Below, piece after piece: positions 7,882 through 16,928 of a stretch of DNA of 32,000 nt. The stretch lies in the NCBI RefSeq assembly GCF_000341895.1, contig NC_020409.1:1740001-1772000 (forward strand), in the 5' to 3' direction. The stretch is from Pseudodesulfovibrio piezophilus C1TLV30. Lineage in GTDB: Bacteria > Desulfobacterota > Desulfovibrionia > Desulfovibrionales > Desulfovibrionaceae. The notes beneath the pieces are model-generated. The model was not told the DNA's origin and did no database searches. It saw only the letters and a list, made by a program, of their open reading frames with translations. Position 1 is the stretch's first letter. The number at the start of each line of letters is the position of its first letter. The translations under genes and the position numbers were made by a program.

Positions 7882-9897
7882 TCAATTTCGGAACTTGGCC
7901 ACCAATTCACTAAGATGGCCCGCCATTTCCGAGACTTCACGAATACCGTCGTTGGATTCCTTGATCCCCCGCAGGACATCCTGTGACAAATTATTGATAT
8001 GCGTGACGCTGTTGTTGATCTCATCTGAAGTAGCGGATTGTTGCTCCGCTGCCGTGGCAATACCGCGGACCATATCTGCGATGGAGTCGGAATGCAAAAC
8101 GATCTTTTCCAGGACACCACCCGCTTCTTGCGCCATGGACGAGGTATTAACGACACTCTTTTTCGCCGTATCCATTTCCTTGACGACATCCGTGGTGGAT
8201 TGCTGAATAAGCAGAATGGCTCCTTCCACTTCCTTGGTGGCATCCATGGTCTTTTCGGCGAGCTTGCGAACCTCATCCGCCACAACTGCAAACCCGCGCC
8301 CGGCTTCCCCAGCTCGTGCTGCTTCGATGGCGGCATTAAGCGCCAGCAGATTGGTCTGATCAGCAATATCATTGATGACCGCCATGACCTTGCCAATATT
8401 TTCGGCACGACTGGACAACGATCCGAGAGCCTCTGCCAGATGTTCCGTTATCTCAGCCACCGAATTGATCTCGGCCACGGTCTTGTTGACCACAATGCCA
8501 CCATCTGCCGCAACGGTATTTGCCTTGTTCGAGGCATCCGCTGTCTCTGAAGCATTTTTGGCGACTTCGAGAACAGTTGCGTTCATTTCTTCCATGGCCG
8601 TTGCGACCTGACTCGTCTGATCGGCAGTGGTATCTACCCCTTTTGCCAACCTGTCCATCTGTTCCATCAAGGCATCCGATGCCTTATTCAATTTGTCGGC
8701 AACCTCTGTCACTTCATTGGCCACGACCAGAAGATTCTGCCGTTGCGCTTCAATATTCTTTTTATCCTCTTCCTCACGAGTGAGGTCGATCAGCACACAA
8801 ATGGCCCCAACCGTATCCCCTTCGGCGTCTTCAAGAGGCGAGGCCTCGAAATGCAGCGGGAACGTGGTCCCATCCGCACGGCGATAGTTGAAATTACCGG
8901 AAATGGGGATACCGCTCGCAATGACATGGGCCGCATCACAGGTATCATCTCCTGGGTCACATTCAAAAATGGATGAGACAGGACGTCCTTTGACCTCATC
9001 TTCAGTTAATCCCAGAATCGTTCTGAGTGGCGGATTGATGAATTGCAGCCTTTCTTCGGAGTCAGTCACAAAAAGCGGCACAACAATCCCGTCGAGAACA
9101 CTTTTATTGTACTGAAGTTGATCCTTAATCTGCTCGACCATTTCACCGAGATATCGAGAAAGGGAACCGAGTTCATCCGCCCCTTCTACCGTGAAACGGG
9201 CATTCAGGTTTCCTTTGCTCACTTCTTCGGTGGTTGCGGCAATGCTGGTAATCCGATTGACGACGGACTTGCGCATGAAAAGAATCAGTGCGGCCAGCAG
9301 CGCCACAACTCCAAGCACGGAAATGGCGGCGGCTTTTATCTGACTGTTTTTGAGACTGGCAAACTGCGGATTGACATCCACGGTCATGACCATGGTGCCC
9401 AGGATTTTCCGCGTCCGGCCATGACAGTGGTGACATGACTTCTGATTGGCAATACTTTTGACTTCGGCAAACTGCAATCTGCCGTCGATCTTCATGAGTT
9501 CGCCTTCAGCAATATTCTCCTTGATTCCCCGCTTGACGAGATCTGGCAAACCGTTCTCACCACGAACATCAAAGATGGATTTTCGAACCACGCCTTTTTT
9601 GGTGGAATAGGTTATCTCTCCGCTATAATCAGTGAGATAAGCGTGGATATTTCCATAGCGCTCAGCCATTTCGGTAAATTTTTGCGCGGTTCCTTCATTA
9701 TCCCCCACAGCCATAGGGTCTTCGATAGCCATATAGAGCATATCCGCTTCGCGCACCGAGGCGGCTTTCACCTCATGCAGTGTCAGGGAATAGGTCGTAT
9801 AGGAATTGTATATGAAGAGTCCGGTGAACGCGACAATGGTCAGCAGCGAAGAGAGCAGGATGACCTTGACTCCGAGGGACTGTCTGATGAATTTCAT
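7882..9897 (-). CDS. dcrA: Methyl-accepting chemotaxis protein with a c-type heme motif (CHHCH) in the periplasmic domain and a cytoplasmic PAS domain; DcrA-like
   Basis: 671 aa. TM1, ~170-aa periplasmic region containing SCHHCHG (codons 155-159, nt 9421..9435), TM2, HAMP, a PAS-like region, and the conserved signalling hairpin LALNAAIEAARAGEAGRGFAVVADEVRKLAE. The size, the CHHCH motif and proximity to dfx-rub-roo match my recollection of D. vulgaris DcrA. Confidence 0.8.
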   Translation of the reverse strand: MKFIRQSLGVKVILLSSLLTIVAFTGLFIYNSYTTYSLTLHEVKAASVREADMLYMAIEDPMAVGDNEGTAQKFTEMAERYGNIHAYLTDYSGEITYSTKKGVVRKSIFDVRGENGLPDLVKRGIKENIAEGELMKIDGRLQFAEVKSIANQKSCHHCHGRTRKILGTMVMTVDVNPQFASLKNSQIKAAAISVLGVVALLAALILFMRKSVVNRITSIAATTEEVSKGNLNARFTVEGADELGSLSRYLGEMVEQIKDQLQYNKSVLDGIVVPLFVTDSEERLQFINPPLRTILGLTEDEVKGRPVSSIFECDPGDDTCDAAHVIASGIPISGNFNYRRADGTTFPLHFEASPLEDAEGDTVGAICVLIDLTREEEDKKNIEAQRQNLLVVANEVTEVADKLNKASDALMEQMDRLAKGVDTTADQTSQVATAMEEMNATVLEVAKNASETADASNKANTVAADGGIVVNKTVAEINSVAEITEHLAEALGSLSSRAENIGKVMAVINDIADQTNLLALNAAIEAARAGEAGRGFAVVADEVRKLAEKTMDATKEVEGAILLIQQSTTDVVKEMDTAKKSVVNTSSMAQEAGGVLEKIVLHSDSIADMVRGIATAAEQQSATSDEINNSVTHINNLSQDVLRGIKESNDGIREVSEMAGHLSELVAKFRN

Positions 9898-9906
9898 GGC
9901 AGCCTC

Positions 9907-10392
9907 CTAGTGCGCCCCGCCGAAAAGCAGCGGCTTGAAGTCAAACGCGGCAACCCGTTCCGGGTTGTGACACCGTTCACAGTCGGCGAGTTCCAATTTC
10001 GCCTTAATCAATTCGGGGTCTCCACCTGCCTCAATATGGTCATAGCCTGGTCCATGGCATGTCTCACACCCCGCTTCGGCCATTTGCGGCGTTTCGGTAA
10101 AACCTACAAATCCACCTGGCTTGCCGAAACCGGTCATGTGACATTCAAAACATTCTTCCAATTCCTGGCGGGTCAAATCCCCAGCCATCATTTTTACAGA
10201 TTCACCAGAATGTGCTTTCTTGGAGTACTTCTTGTAATTGTTGTACTCTTTTTCATGACATTCAGCGCACGCTTCGGAACCGACGTACTGCCCCGAATTC
10301 GTCCTCCCCTGGGACGTCATACCCACGGCAACAAAAAAGGCCACCATGAATACCATCAGGCAGCCTTTTGACCAAACAGATTGAAAAAGCAT
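9907..10392 (-). CDS. Tetraheme c-type cytochrome (membrane-anchored or secreted, cytochrome c554-like family)
   Basis: 161 aa. Hydrophobic N-terminus. Four CxxCH motifs: CAECH, CFECH, CETCH, CERCH. The stop TAG overlaps the AGGAGG SD of the chemoreceptor gene, with a 9-nt gap. An alternative start at M13 is possible. Confidence 0.85.
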   Translation of the reverse strand: MLFQSVWSKGCLMVFMVAFFVAVGMTSQGRTNSGQYVGSEACAECHEKEYNNYKKYSKKAHSGESVKMMAGDLTRQELEECFECHMTGFGKPGGFVGFTETPQMAEAGCETCHGPGYDHIEAGGDPELIKAKLELADCERCHNPERVAAFDFKPLLFGGAH

Positions 10393-10528
10393 GGACCAAC
10401 CCCCATCAACAGATCGAAACCAACATAAGCAATACGAAGTATATTGCTTACTAGCCTTTACAAGGCTATAGATGGTTTTTCCATGGAGGTAAAGACGTTA
10501 CATTCTCTTTTACATCCACTTTCCCTTC

Positions 10529-13525
10529 TTACCAGTCAAGGGTTGCCTTGAAGGAACTGGCCAGATCAGAGACAGTGATATCAAGGATATCGGTATCTCC
10601 GTTCCTGACAACCAACCGTTTGCTCTCTGTTACCGAACCAACGCATGCCATTATTTGTCCGGAAAAAACAGACTCAAAAGCCTGCCGCTTGTCCGCCGGG
10701 ACCGAAACGACCAAGCGACTGGCGGATTCGGCATACAGTCTCCCAGTCGCATCCAATTCTCCTGTGACAGGAAGCATGGCGAGATCAACATCAGCTCCAA
10801 GGCGGCCACCAATACACATTTCGGCAAGAGCCACGCCAAAGCCGCCATCGGAACAATCATGACAGGCAGAGATGAGCCCGGCCTGACTGGCTGTAAACAT
10901 ACTCTGATACCGCGTCTTGGCCGACACAAGGTCCACCTGAGGCACTCGACTATCTGAAAAATCGAGCTGCTGACTGATTTCACTGCCACCGAATTCCGGC
11001 TTGGTCATACCGAGCACATAGACAAGATCACCAGTTTTCTTGAAGTCGGAGGTCAGGCACTTGTTCACGTCAGGAATGACTCCGATGACTGAAAAAAGGA
11101 CGGTCGGCGGAATGGAAATCTTCTGCCCACCACCCTTGTAATCGTTTTTCATGGAATCCTTGCCCGAAACGCATGGCACACCGAACCCAAGGCAATAATG
11201 GGCCAGAGCCTGATTTGCGCGAACCAACTGGGCGAGCTTGTACTGTCCATCCGGGGTAGACTCGGACTGGACCGGGTCGCACCAGCAGAAATTATCACAC
11301 CCGGCCATATAATCGACATCGCCGCCAACAGCCACGGCATTACGAATCGCCTCGTCAATGGCATTGGCCATCATCCAATAAGTATCGATATCAGAATACT
11401 CAGGACAAATACCGTGGGAGACAACAAGACCACGTTCACTGCCCAATTCCGGCCGGACCACACCAGCATCGGAAGGGCCGTCCGCCTTGATGCCGACCAT
11501 GGGTTTGACGGCGCTGCGTCCCTGAACTTCATGGTCGTACTGACGAACGACATATTCCTTGGAGCAAATATTCAGACGACCGAGCATATCCTTGAGCAGA
11601 CCATTCTGATCCAAGGGGGCCGGAATGGATTCATCCGTGATAACCGGACGTTCCCAGACAGCAGCCAGCTCCATCTGCGGGACACCGTTGTGCAGGAATT
11701 CCATATCAAGGCAGGTGACGACCTTCTCCCCATAGGTGACATGGTACTTGCCCGATTCGTTAAAATTGCCAAGGACCGTGGATTCCACATCCATCTCGTC
11801 AGACAAAGCCATGAAGGCATCCAGCTTCTCAGGCGGCACAGCCATGGTCATCCGTTCCTGTGCTTCGGAAATAAGAATTTCCCACGGCTTCAAACCGTCA
11901 TACTTCAACGGAGCCTTAGCCAAATCCATCAGGAATCCGCCGGAATCCTCAGCCATTTCCCCGACAGAAGAGGACAGGCCTCCAGCACCATTATCGGTGA
12001 TGGCGTTGTATAATCCGCGATCACGGGCGCGCATCAGAAAATCATACATTTTGCGCTGGGTAATGGGATCTCCAATCTGAACCGCCGTGGCAGGGCTGCC
12101 CTCGTGCAGTTCTTCGGAAGAGAACGTTGCACCATGGATGCCGTCGGCACCGATACGACCGCCTGACATGACAATGTAATCACCGGGAAGTGCGCATTTT
12201 TCATGCGAAGGACGTCCGGCGACCTCCACTGGCATGGTGCCGATGGTGCCGCAGTAGACCAGTGGTTTGCCAAGATAACGCTCATCAAAAACAATGGACC
12301 CGTTCACCGTGGGAATACCGGATTTATTGCCTCCATGTTCGACACCCTCACGCACTCCCTCGAAGACGCGACGAGGATGCAGCAGTCTCGGAGGCAACTC
12401 CCCTTCGTGGAAAGGAGAAGCAAAACAAAAGACATCGGTATTACACAAAAGGTTTGCGCCGATCCCGGTGCCCATGGGGTCACGATTGACGCCCACAATA
12501 CCGGTCAGCGCTCCGCCGTAAGGATCAAGGGCGGACGGTGAATTATGCGTCTCCATCTTGACACAAACATTGAGCGTCTCGGAAAAAGCGATGACCCCGG
12601 CATTGTCCTTGAAAACGGACAGACAATAATCACCGCCGTCTCTGGTCTCGGCATTGCGCTGACGAATCTGTTTGGTTGATCCTTGAATAAAGGTCTTGTA
12701 AAGGCTGGAAAACTCCGAGATCGTACCGTTTTCCTTATTCTCATACGTGATCCTGGCACTAAAAATCTTGTGTTTGCAGTGTTCCGACCATGTCTGAGCC
12801 AACACTTCGATCTCCGCATCTGTCGGATTCACATCCAGCCCCATGGCTGCCCGTTCCTTCTGCACCGCCGGATCGGCATAATAATCCCGGATGATATGCA
12901 GTTCTTTGAGCGAAAGGGCCAGGGTGTTAGCACGGGAAAAAGCCATCATCTCGTCATCACTCATGGTGGAAAGCGGGATGATCGCCACTTCATCACTGGC
13001 CTGGCCGGTCACTCGCGCCGCCTTGGCCTCAAAACCGGGAGCCTCAGCCCAGGTCGCGGCCGATTTGTACTCGTAACGCTGGATCAACTCATTGGCCAAC
13101 AAATCCTTGGCCACATGTTGAATACCGGCTTCATCCATATCGGCAGTGATGATATATTGCTTGGAGGTGTAGACCTTCACGGATTCCATGTCCTGCTTGG
13201 ATAATCCGAGTGTCACCCCAAGGGTTTCGCGAGCGGTCCGCCCTTCGTTGTCCGTGACACCGGGGCGAAATCCGACTTCGAGAATCCAGTCGAAATCACG
13301 GGCCAGAGGTGCAAGGGCCACTTCATGCAAGACCGGATCATGCAGGGCTGCACGTTCGATAGCCAGGTCCACCTGCTCCTGTGTCAATCCCTCCAAAGTA
13401 AAAACACTGGCGATGCGAACATCACGCACCTGCACATCGAGTTCACTCTTGATCTTGCGGGCGAACTTTTCACCCACCACATCACGGACACCCTCTTTCA
13501 GACCGACGATGACACGACATAGCAT
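10529..13525 (-). CDS. purL: Phosphoribosylformylglycinamidine synthase (PurL, long form with PurS-like N-terminus, no glutaminase domain)
   Basis: 998 aa. AIR-synthase-related repeats (HNSPSALDPYGGA, GGLSSS, CSDGG). GAGAGGAGAA SD before ATG 13525. Confidence 0.9.
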   Translation of the reverse strand: MLCRVIVGLKEGVRDVVGEKFARKIKSELDVQVRDVRIASVFTLEGLTQEQVDLAIERAALHDPVLHEVALAPLARDFDWILEVGFRPGVTDNEGRTARETLGVTLGLSKQDMESVKVYTSKQYIITADMDEAGIQHVAKDLLANELIQRYEYKSAATWAEAPGFEAKAARVTGQASDEVAIIPLSTMSDDEMMAFSRANTLALSLKELHIIRDYYADPAVQKERAAMGLDVNPTDAEIEVLAQTWSEHCKHKIFSARITYENKENGTISEFSSLYKTFIQGSTKQIRQRNAETRDGGDYCLSVFKDNAGVIAFSETLNVCVKMETHNSPSALDPYGGALTGIVGVNRDPMGTGIGANLLCNTDVFCFASPFHEGELPPRLLHPRRVFEGVREGVEHGGNKSGIPTVNGSIVFDERYLGKPLVYCGTIGTMPVEVAGRPSHEKCALPGDYIVMSGGRIGADGIHGATFSSEELHEGSPATAVQIGDPITQRKMYDFLMRARDRGLYNAITDNGAGGLSSSVGEMAEDSGGFLMDLAKAPLKYDGLKPWEILISEAQERMTMAVPPEKLDAFMALSDEMDVESTVLGNFNESGKYHVTYGEKVVTCLDMEFLHNGVPQMELAAVWERPVITDESIPAPLDQNGLLKDMLGRLNICSKEYVVRQYDHEVQGRSAVKPMVGIKADGPSDAGVVRPELGSERGLVVSHGICPEYSDIDTYWMMANAIDEAIRNAVAVGGDVDYMAGCDNFCWCDPVQSESTPDGQYKLAQLVRANQALAHYCLGFGVPCVSGKDSMKNDYKGGGQKISIPPTVLFSVIGVIPDVNKCLTSDFKKTGDLVYVLGMTKPEFGGSEISQQLDFSDSRVPQVDLVSAKTRYQSMFTASQAGLISACHDCSDGGFGVALAEMCIGGRLGADVDLAMLPVTGELDATGRLYAESASRLVVSVPADKRQAFESVFSGQIMACVGSVTESKRLVVRNGDTDILDITVSDLASSFKATLDW

Positions 13526-13550
13526 GTTGAATTCTCCTCTCTCTCAATAT

Positions 13551-13586
13551 AGCAGAAAGCCGGTCACCTCATCAGAGGGACCGGCC
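13551..13586 (-). terminator. Hairpin with U-rich tail after the polyprenyl synthase gene
   Basis: On the minus strand: GGCCGGTCCCTC-tgat-GAGGTGACCGGC (one bulge) followed by TTTCTGCT. Sits in the 66-nt gap before purL. Confidence 0.45.
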
Positions 13587-13591
13587 TGAAA

Positions 13592-14560
13592 TTATTTGGT
13601 TCTGGTCAGTACGAAATCCGCAGCCTGTTTAAGCACGACGACCGGTTCGCCCGGAGCCAGTCCATCCAGACAGGCCTTGGCCTTCTCGACATAGGCAGCG
13701 GCCTCGTCGCGGGTCTTTTCAGAGAATCGCCCTTCTCGGACACGAGTCAAAATGGTGTGACATTCACTTTCGGACAGAGACCCTTCCTTCAATCCTCGGA
13801 GCAGGGACTCACGATCCAGGGTCGCGTCCTCTTCCATGAGCAGGATCAGGGGCAGGGTTACTTTCCCTTCCTTGAGATCGCCACCTTCGGGCTTGCCTGT
13901 CTCCGAAGTCGGGGAGGCATAATCAAGCGCATCGTCCACCAACTGGAAAGCGATGCCGAGATTGAGACCGAAGGCGCCGGCAGCGTCTTCCTGCTCCGAA
14001 GTTGCTCCGGCCAAGGCCGCACCACAGCGGCAGGCACACTCGATAAGCTTGGCAGTCTTGCCGATGATTATCTCCATATACCTGTCTCGATCCAGAGACG
14101 GATTCTTGGAAAATTCAATCTCCTCGATCTCGCCCACTGCCGTCTCCATGATGCCACGGGCCAGCAGCCATGAAAGGCGGGCCTTGCCATAGCGGGCTCC
14201 CATCTCGTTGGCGAGTGCCAGCAAGGCGTCACCGGCCAGGATCGTCTCTGTCCGACCAAAGACAAGATGCGAGGCAGCCTTGCCGCGTCGCAATTCCGCG
14301 TCGTCAAGAAAATCGTCATGGAGCAGCGTCGCGGAATGCAATAATTCCAGCGAGCAGGCTATGGCGTGATAATCCGTGCCGGTATAACCCTGTGCCCGGG
14401 CGAAAAGCAGCGTCAGGATAGGGCGAATGCGTTTGCCGCCCGATCCGATGATATGCTTGGCGACATCCTTGACCAGTCCGTTAAGCTGGTTGGCCTCGGT
14501 GTCGAGAAATTCATTGATCGCGGGAAGTTCCCGCTGAAAATAGCGAAGTAATTCGTTCAT
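13592..14560 (-). CDS. trans-Polyprenyl diphosphate synthase (hepta/octaprenyl, menaquinone side chain)
   Basis: 322 aa. First Asp-rich motif LLHDDFLDD and second motif QLVDDALD. Chain length cannot be read from the sequence. Confidence 0.85.
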   Translation of the reverse strand: MNELLRYFQRELPAINEFLDTEANQLNGLVKDVAKHIIGSGGKRIRPILTLLFARAQGYTGTDYHAIACSLELLHSATLLHDDFLDDAELRRGKAASHLVFGRTETILAGDALLALANEMGARYGKARLSWLLARGIMETAVGEIEEIEFSKNPSLDRDRYMEIIIGKTAKLIECACRCGAALAGATSEQEDAAGAFGLNLGIAFQLVDDALDYASPTSETGKPEGGDLKEGKVTLPLILLMEEDATLDRESLLRGLKEGSLSESECHTILTRVREGRFSEKTRDEAAAYVEKAKACLDGLAPGEPVVVLKQAADFVLTRTK

Positions 14561-14602
14561 GTCCGGTCACTATGTCAGGTTGCGGGGAGGGAGTAAAGGT
14601 CT

Positions 14603-15301
14603 CTACTTCCCCGTAAAAAGATATTGAGCGCACTTCCCCAGCGCGCCAAAGGCCCCCTTGAGGTCCCAGTCCTCGACGTCCCTCGATCCCACCAGATTCG
14701 ATATGGTCCGCACTTCCAAAAATGGCATCCCTTTTTGCTTGGCCGCAAAAGCCAGGGAAAACCCTTCCATATTCTCTATATCCGAGTTGTATGCAGTTTT
14801 GAGCCATCCCGCCCGATCGGCCATACTTGTCACCGAATTGACCGAGAGAGCCGCAGCCCTCCCCCATTTTTCGCCAAGTCGCACCCCCATGGCTTCCGCA
14901 TCATTGACAGGCACCAGCTTGACCCGATTCCAGACAGGTTCTCCGTCTATATGTCCCTGGGCAAAACCAAGAGCCTTGGGATCGACCCGGCCATCCTGAT
15001 CCAGCACGCCATACTCCGGCCATGTTTCCTGCCATGCATAGGTTACGCTGCACATGGGGAACTCTTCCAGATCATAGGCCCCGGCAATACCGAGATTGAC
15101 GACTCCGGTAACTCCGGGGCGACCGAGGAAACGACCGATGGCCAGAGCGGAATTGACCAACCCGACTCCGGTAACAGCCAGAAGCAGAGAATGGTCGCCA
15201 AGGGAAAACTCCAACGCTTCTCCCTGTTCCACGGCAGGAGCCTGGGCAAAACCCAGAGCAGCCTTCATTTCCTTGGCCGTGGCAGTGGCGACGATAATCA
15301 T
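14603..15301 (-). CDS. mqnB: Futalosine hydrolase-like nucleosidase (PNP/UDP-1 family, MqnB-like)
   Basis: 232 aa. TGVGLVNSA, GIAGAY, ENMEGFSLAFAA and RTISNLVGSRDVEDW, typical of the MTA/futalosine nucleosidase fold. Lies between a polyprenyl synthase and, further on, ubiE/menG. Not separable from MtnN without an HMM. Confidence 0.6.
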   Translation of the reverse strand: MIIVATATAKEMKAALGFAQAPAVEQGEALEFSLGDHSLLLAVTGVGLVNSALAIGRFLGRPGVTGVVNLGIAGAYDLEEFPMCSVTYAWQETWPEYGVLDQDGRVDPKALGFAQGHIDGEPVWNRVKLVPVNDAEAMGVRLGEKWGRAAALSVNSVTSMADRAGWLKTAYNSDIENMEGFSLAFAAKQKGMPFLEVRTISNLVGSRDVEDWDLKGAFGALGKCAQYLFTGK

Positions 15302-15310
15302 GTTGCGCTC

Positions 15311-16633
15311 CTAGAGACGCCAGTAGGCGACATTTTCGGTTTCAAGTTCCGCACGATCGAAAAAACATTTCACATCAATGATCAGCGCTGTCTCCGGGGT
15401 GGAGAACCATTGTTTCAAGGCAGCGACGGAAATACTCTTGTACTCATCATGCGGCACTGCGAGGATCAAGGCATCCAGATCTCGCATTTCCTCCAAGGAG
15501 CAGAGATCAATCCCCAATTCCTCCCGAGCTTCCTCATGATCGGCCATGGCATCATGCACCAAGGTGTCCGCACCATAATCGTCAAGCTCTTCCAAAATAT
15601 CCACAACCCGTGTATTGCGCAGATCCGGAACATTTTCCTTAAAGGTCACCCCGAGCACTCCGACACGGGCACCCTTGATTTTACAATCGTTCTTGATCAT
15701 CAGCTTGACCGTTGACTCGGCAATAAACTTGCCCATGCCGTCGTTGATCTCGCGTCCGGCCAGAATGACATGGGGATGAAAGCCCTCGGCCTCGGCTTTG
15801 AAGGTCAGATAATACGGGTCAACGCCAATGCAGTGGCCGCCCACCAGACCGGGCCGGAAGGGAAGGAAATTCCACTTTGTTCCGGAGGCTTCAAGCACGT
15901 CCAGAGTATCAATCCCCATACGGTCGAAGATGATAGCCAGTTCGTTCATCAGGGCAATATTCAGATCACGCTGGGTATTCTCGATGACCTTGGCAGCTTC
16001 GGCTGTTCTGATATCCGCAGCCAGATGCGTTCCGGCCTCGATAATAGTGCCGTAAACGTCTTCCAACAGCTTGCCGGAGGCTTGATCCTGCCCGGAAACC
16101 ACTTTGACGATTGTTTCCAACCTGTGCACCTTGTCACCGGGGTTGATCCGTTCCGGCGAATACCCCACCCAGAACTCTTCCCCATTCTTCAGGCCGGATT
16201 CCTTTTCGAGAATCGGGACACACATCTCTTCTGTCAGCCCCGGAAAAACCGTGGATTCATAGACAACGACAGAACCGGGCTGAAGATGCTTGCCGACGGA
16301 ACCGCTGGCACCCAGCACGGGCCGCAGATCCGGCGAATGGTATTCATCGATGGGAGTCGGCACGGCCACGATCACGAAACGGGTCTTCTCGAGATCGGCA
16401 AGATCGGCACTGAAAACCAGATCGACATCCTCTCCCACTGTCTCGAAATCCACTTCCCCGGTGCGATCGATGCGGGAATTGAGTTCGTCCACACGTTTTT
16501 GCGATACATCCACACCGACAACCTTGAAATGACGGCCCAAAGCCACGGCCAAGGGCAGCCCCACATAACCGAGACCAACGACCGCGATGGCGTCTTCCTT
16601 TTTCTTGAGCTGATCAAAGTGAATCATGTTCAT
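15311..16633 (-). CDS. Nucleotide-sugar 6-dehydrogenase (UDP-glucose/GDP-mannose dehydrogenase family, TviB/WbpO-like)
   Basis: 440 aa. Rossmann motif VVGLGYVGLPLAVAL and catalytic Cys motif GGHCIGVDPYYL. GGAGAA SD. Stop lies 9 nt before the mqnB-like start. Confidence 0.85.
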   Translation of the reverse strand: MNMIHFDQLKKKEDAIAVVGLGYVGLPLAVALGRHFKVVGVDVSQKRVDELNSRIDRTGEVDFETVGEDVDLVFSADLADLEKTRFVIVAVPTPIDEYHSPDLRPVLGASGSVGKHLQPGSVVVYESTVFPGLTEEMCVPILEKESGLKNGEEFWVGYSPERINPGDKVHRLETIVKVVSGQDQASGKLLEDVYGTIIEAGTHLAADIRTAEAAKVIENTQRDLNIALMNELAIIFDRMGIDTLDVLEASGTKWNFLPFRPGLVGGHCIGVDPYYLTFKAEAEGFHPHVILAGREINDGMGKFIAESTVKLMIKNDCKIKGARVGVLGVTFKENVPDLRNTRVVDILEELDDYGADTLVHDAMADHEEAREELGIDLCSLEEMRDLDALILAVPHDEYKSISVAALKQWFSTPETALIIDVKCFFDRAELETENVAYWRL

Positions 16634-16698
16634 CAGATATATTCTCCGGTTTCCCGTTCAGGTGGACACAATCTCTGTTCCCGGCTATCCTTCGCCGC

Positions 16699-16905
16699 AT
16701 GAACATTGACTGGTCGCTCCTCATCATCGCTGTCGGGCTTGCCCTCGTCTTCGAGGGGATTCCCTATTTTCTGTTCGCCGAGCGTATGCCGCTCGTCCTG
16801 CTCAAACTGGCGGAACAACCGCCCAAATTCCTTCGCTTCATAGGACTTGCCGCCATGATACTTGGCCTGCTCGTCATTTCTCTGGGCCGCTCCCTGACTC
16901 TCTAA
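16699..16905 (+). CDS. DUF2065-family small membrane protein
   Basis: 68 aa. Two hydrophobic helices flank the pattern EGIPYFLFAERMPLVLLKLAEQPPKFLRFIGL, which I recognise as DUF2065-like. One of only three convincing plus-strand genes. No clear SD. Confidence 0.65.
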   Translation: MNIDWSLLIIAVGLALVFEGIPYFLFAERMPLVLLKLAEQPPKFLRFIGLAAMILGLLVISLGRSLTL

Positions 16906-16928
16906 GTTCAGAGAACGGATCTTCGCGG

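Noticed and set aside
14624-16702. Long plus-strand ORFs (363 aa at 14624..15715 and 310 aa at 15770..16702). Similar cases are 22068..22979, 11198..12013, 9643..10371 and 7755..8408.
   Set aside because: Each lies antisense to, or out of frame with, a gene that has unmistakable family motifs (nucleosidase, sugar dehydrogenase, SecA, PurL, MCP). Their translations are low-complexity, R/G/H-rich shadow sequences with no motifs.
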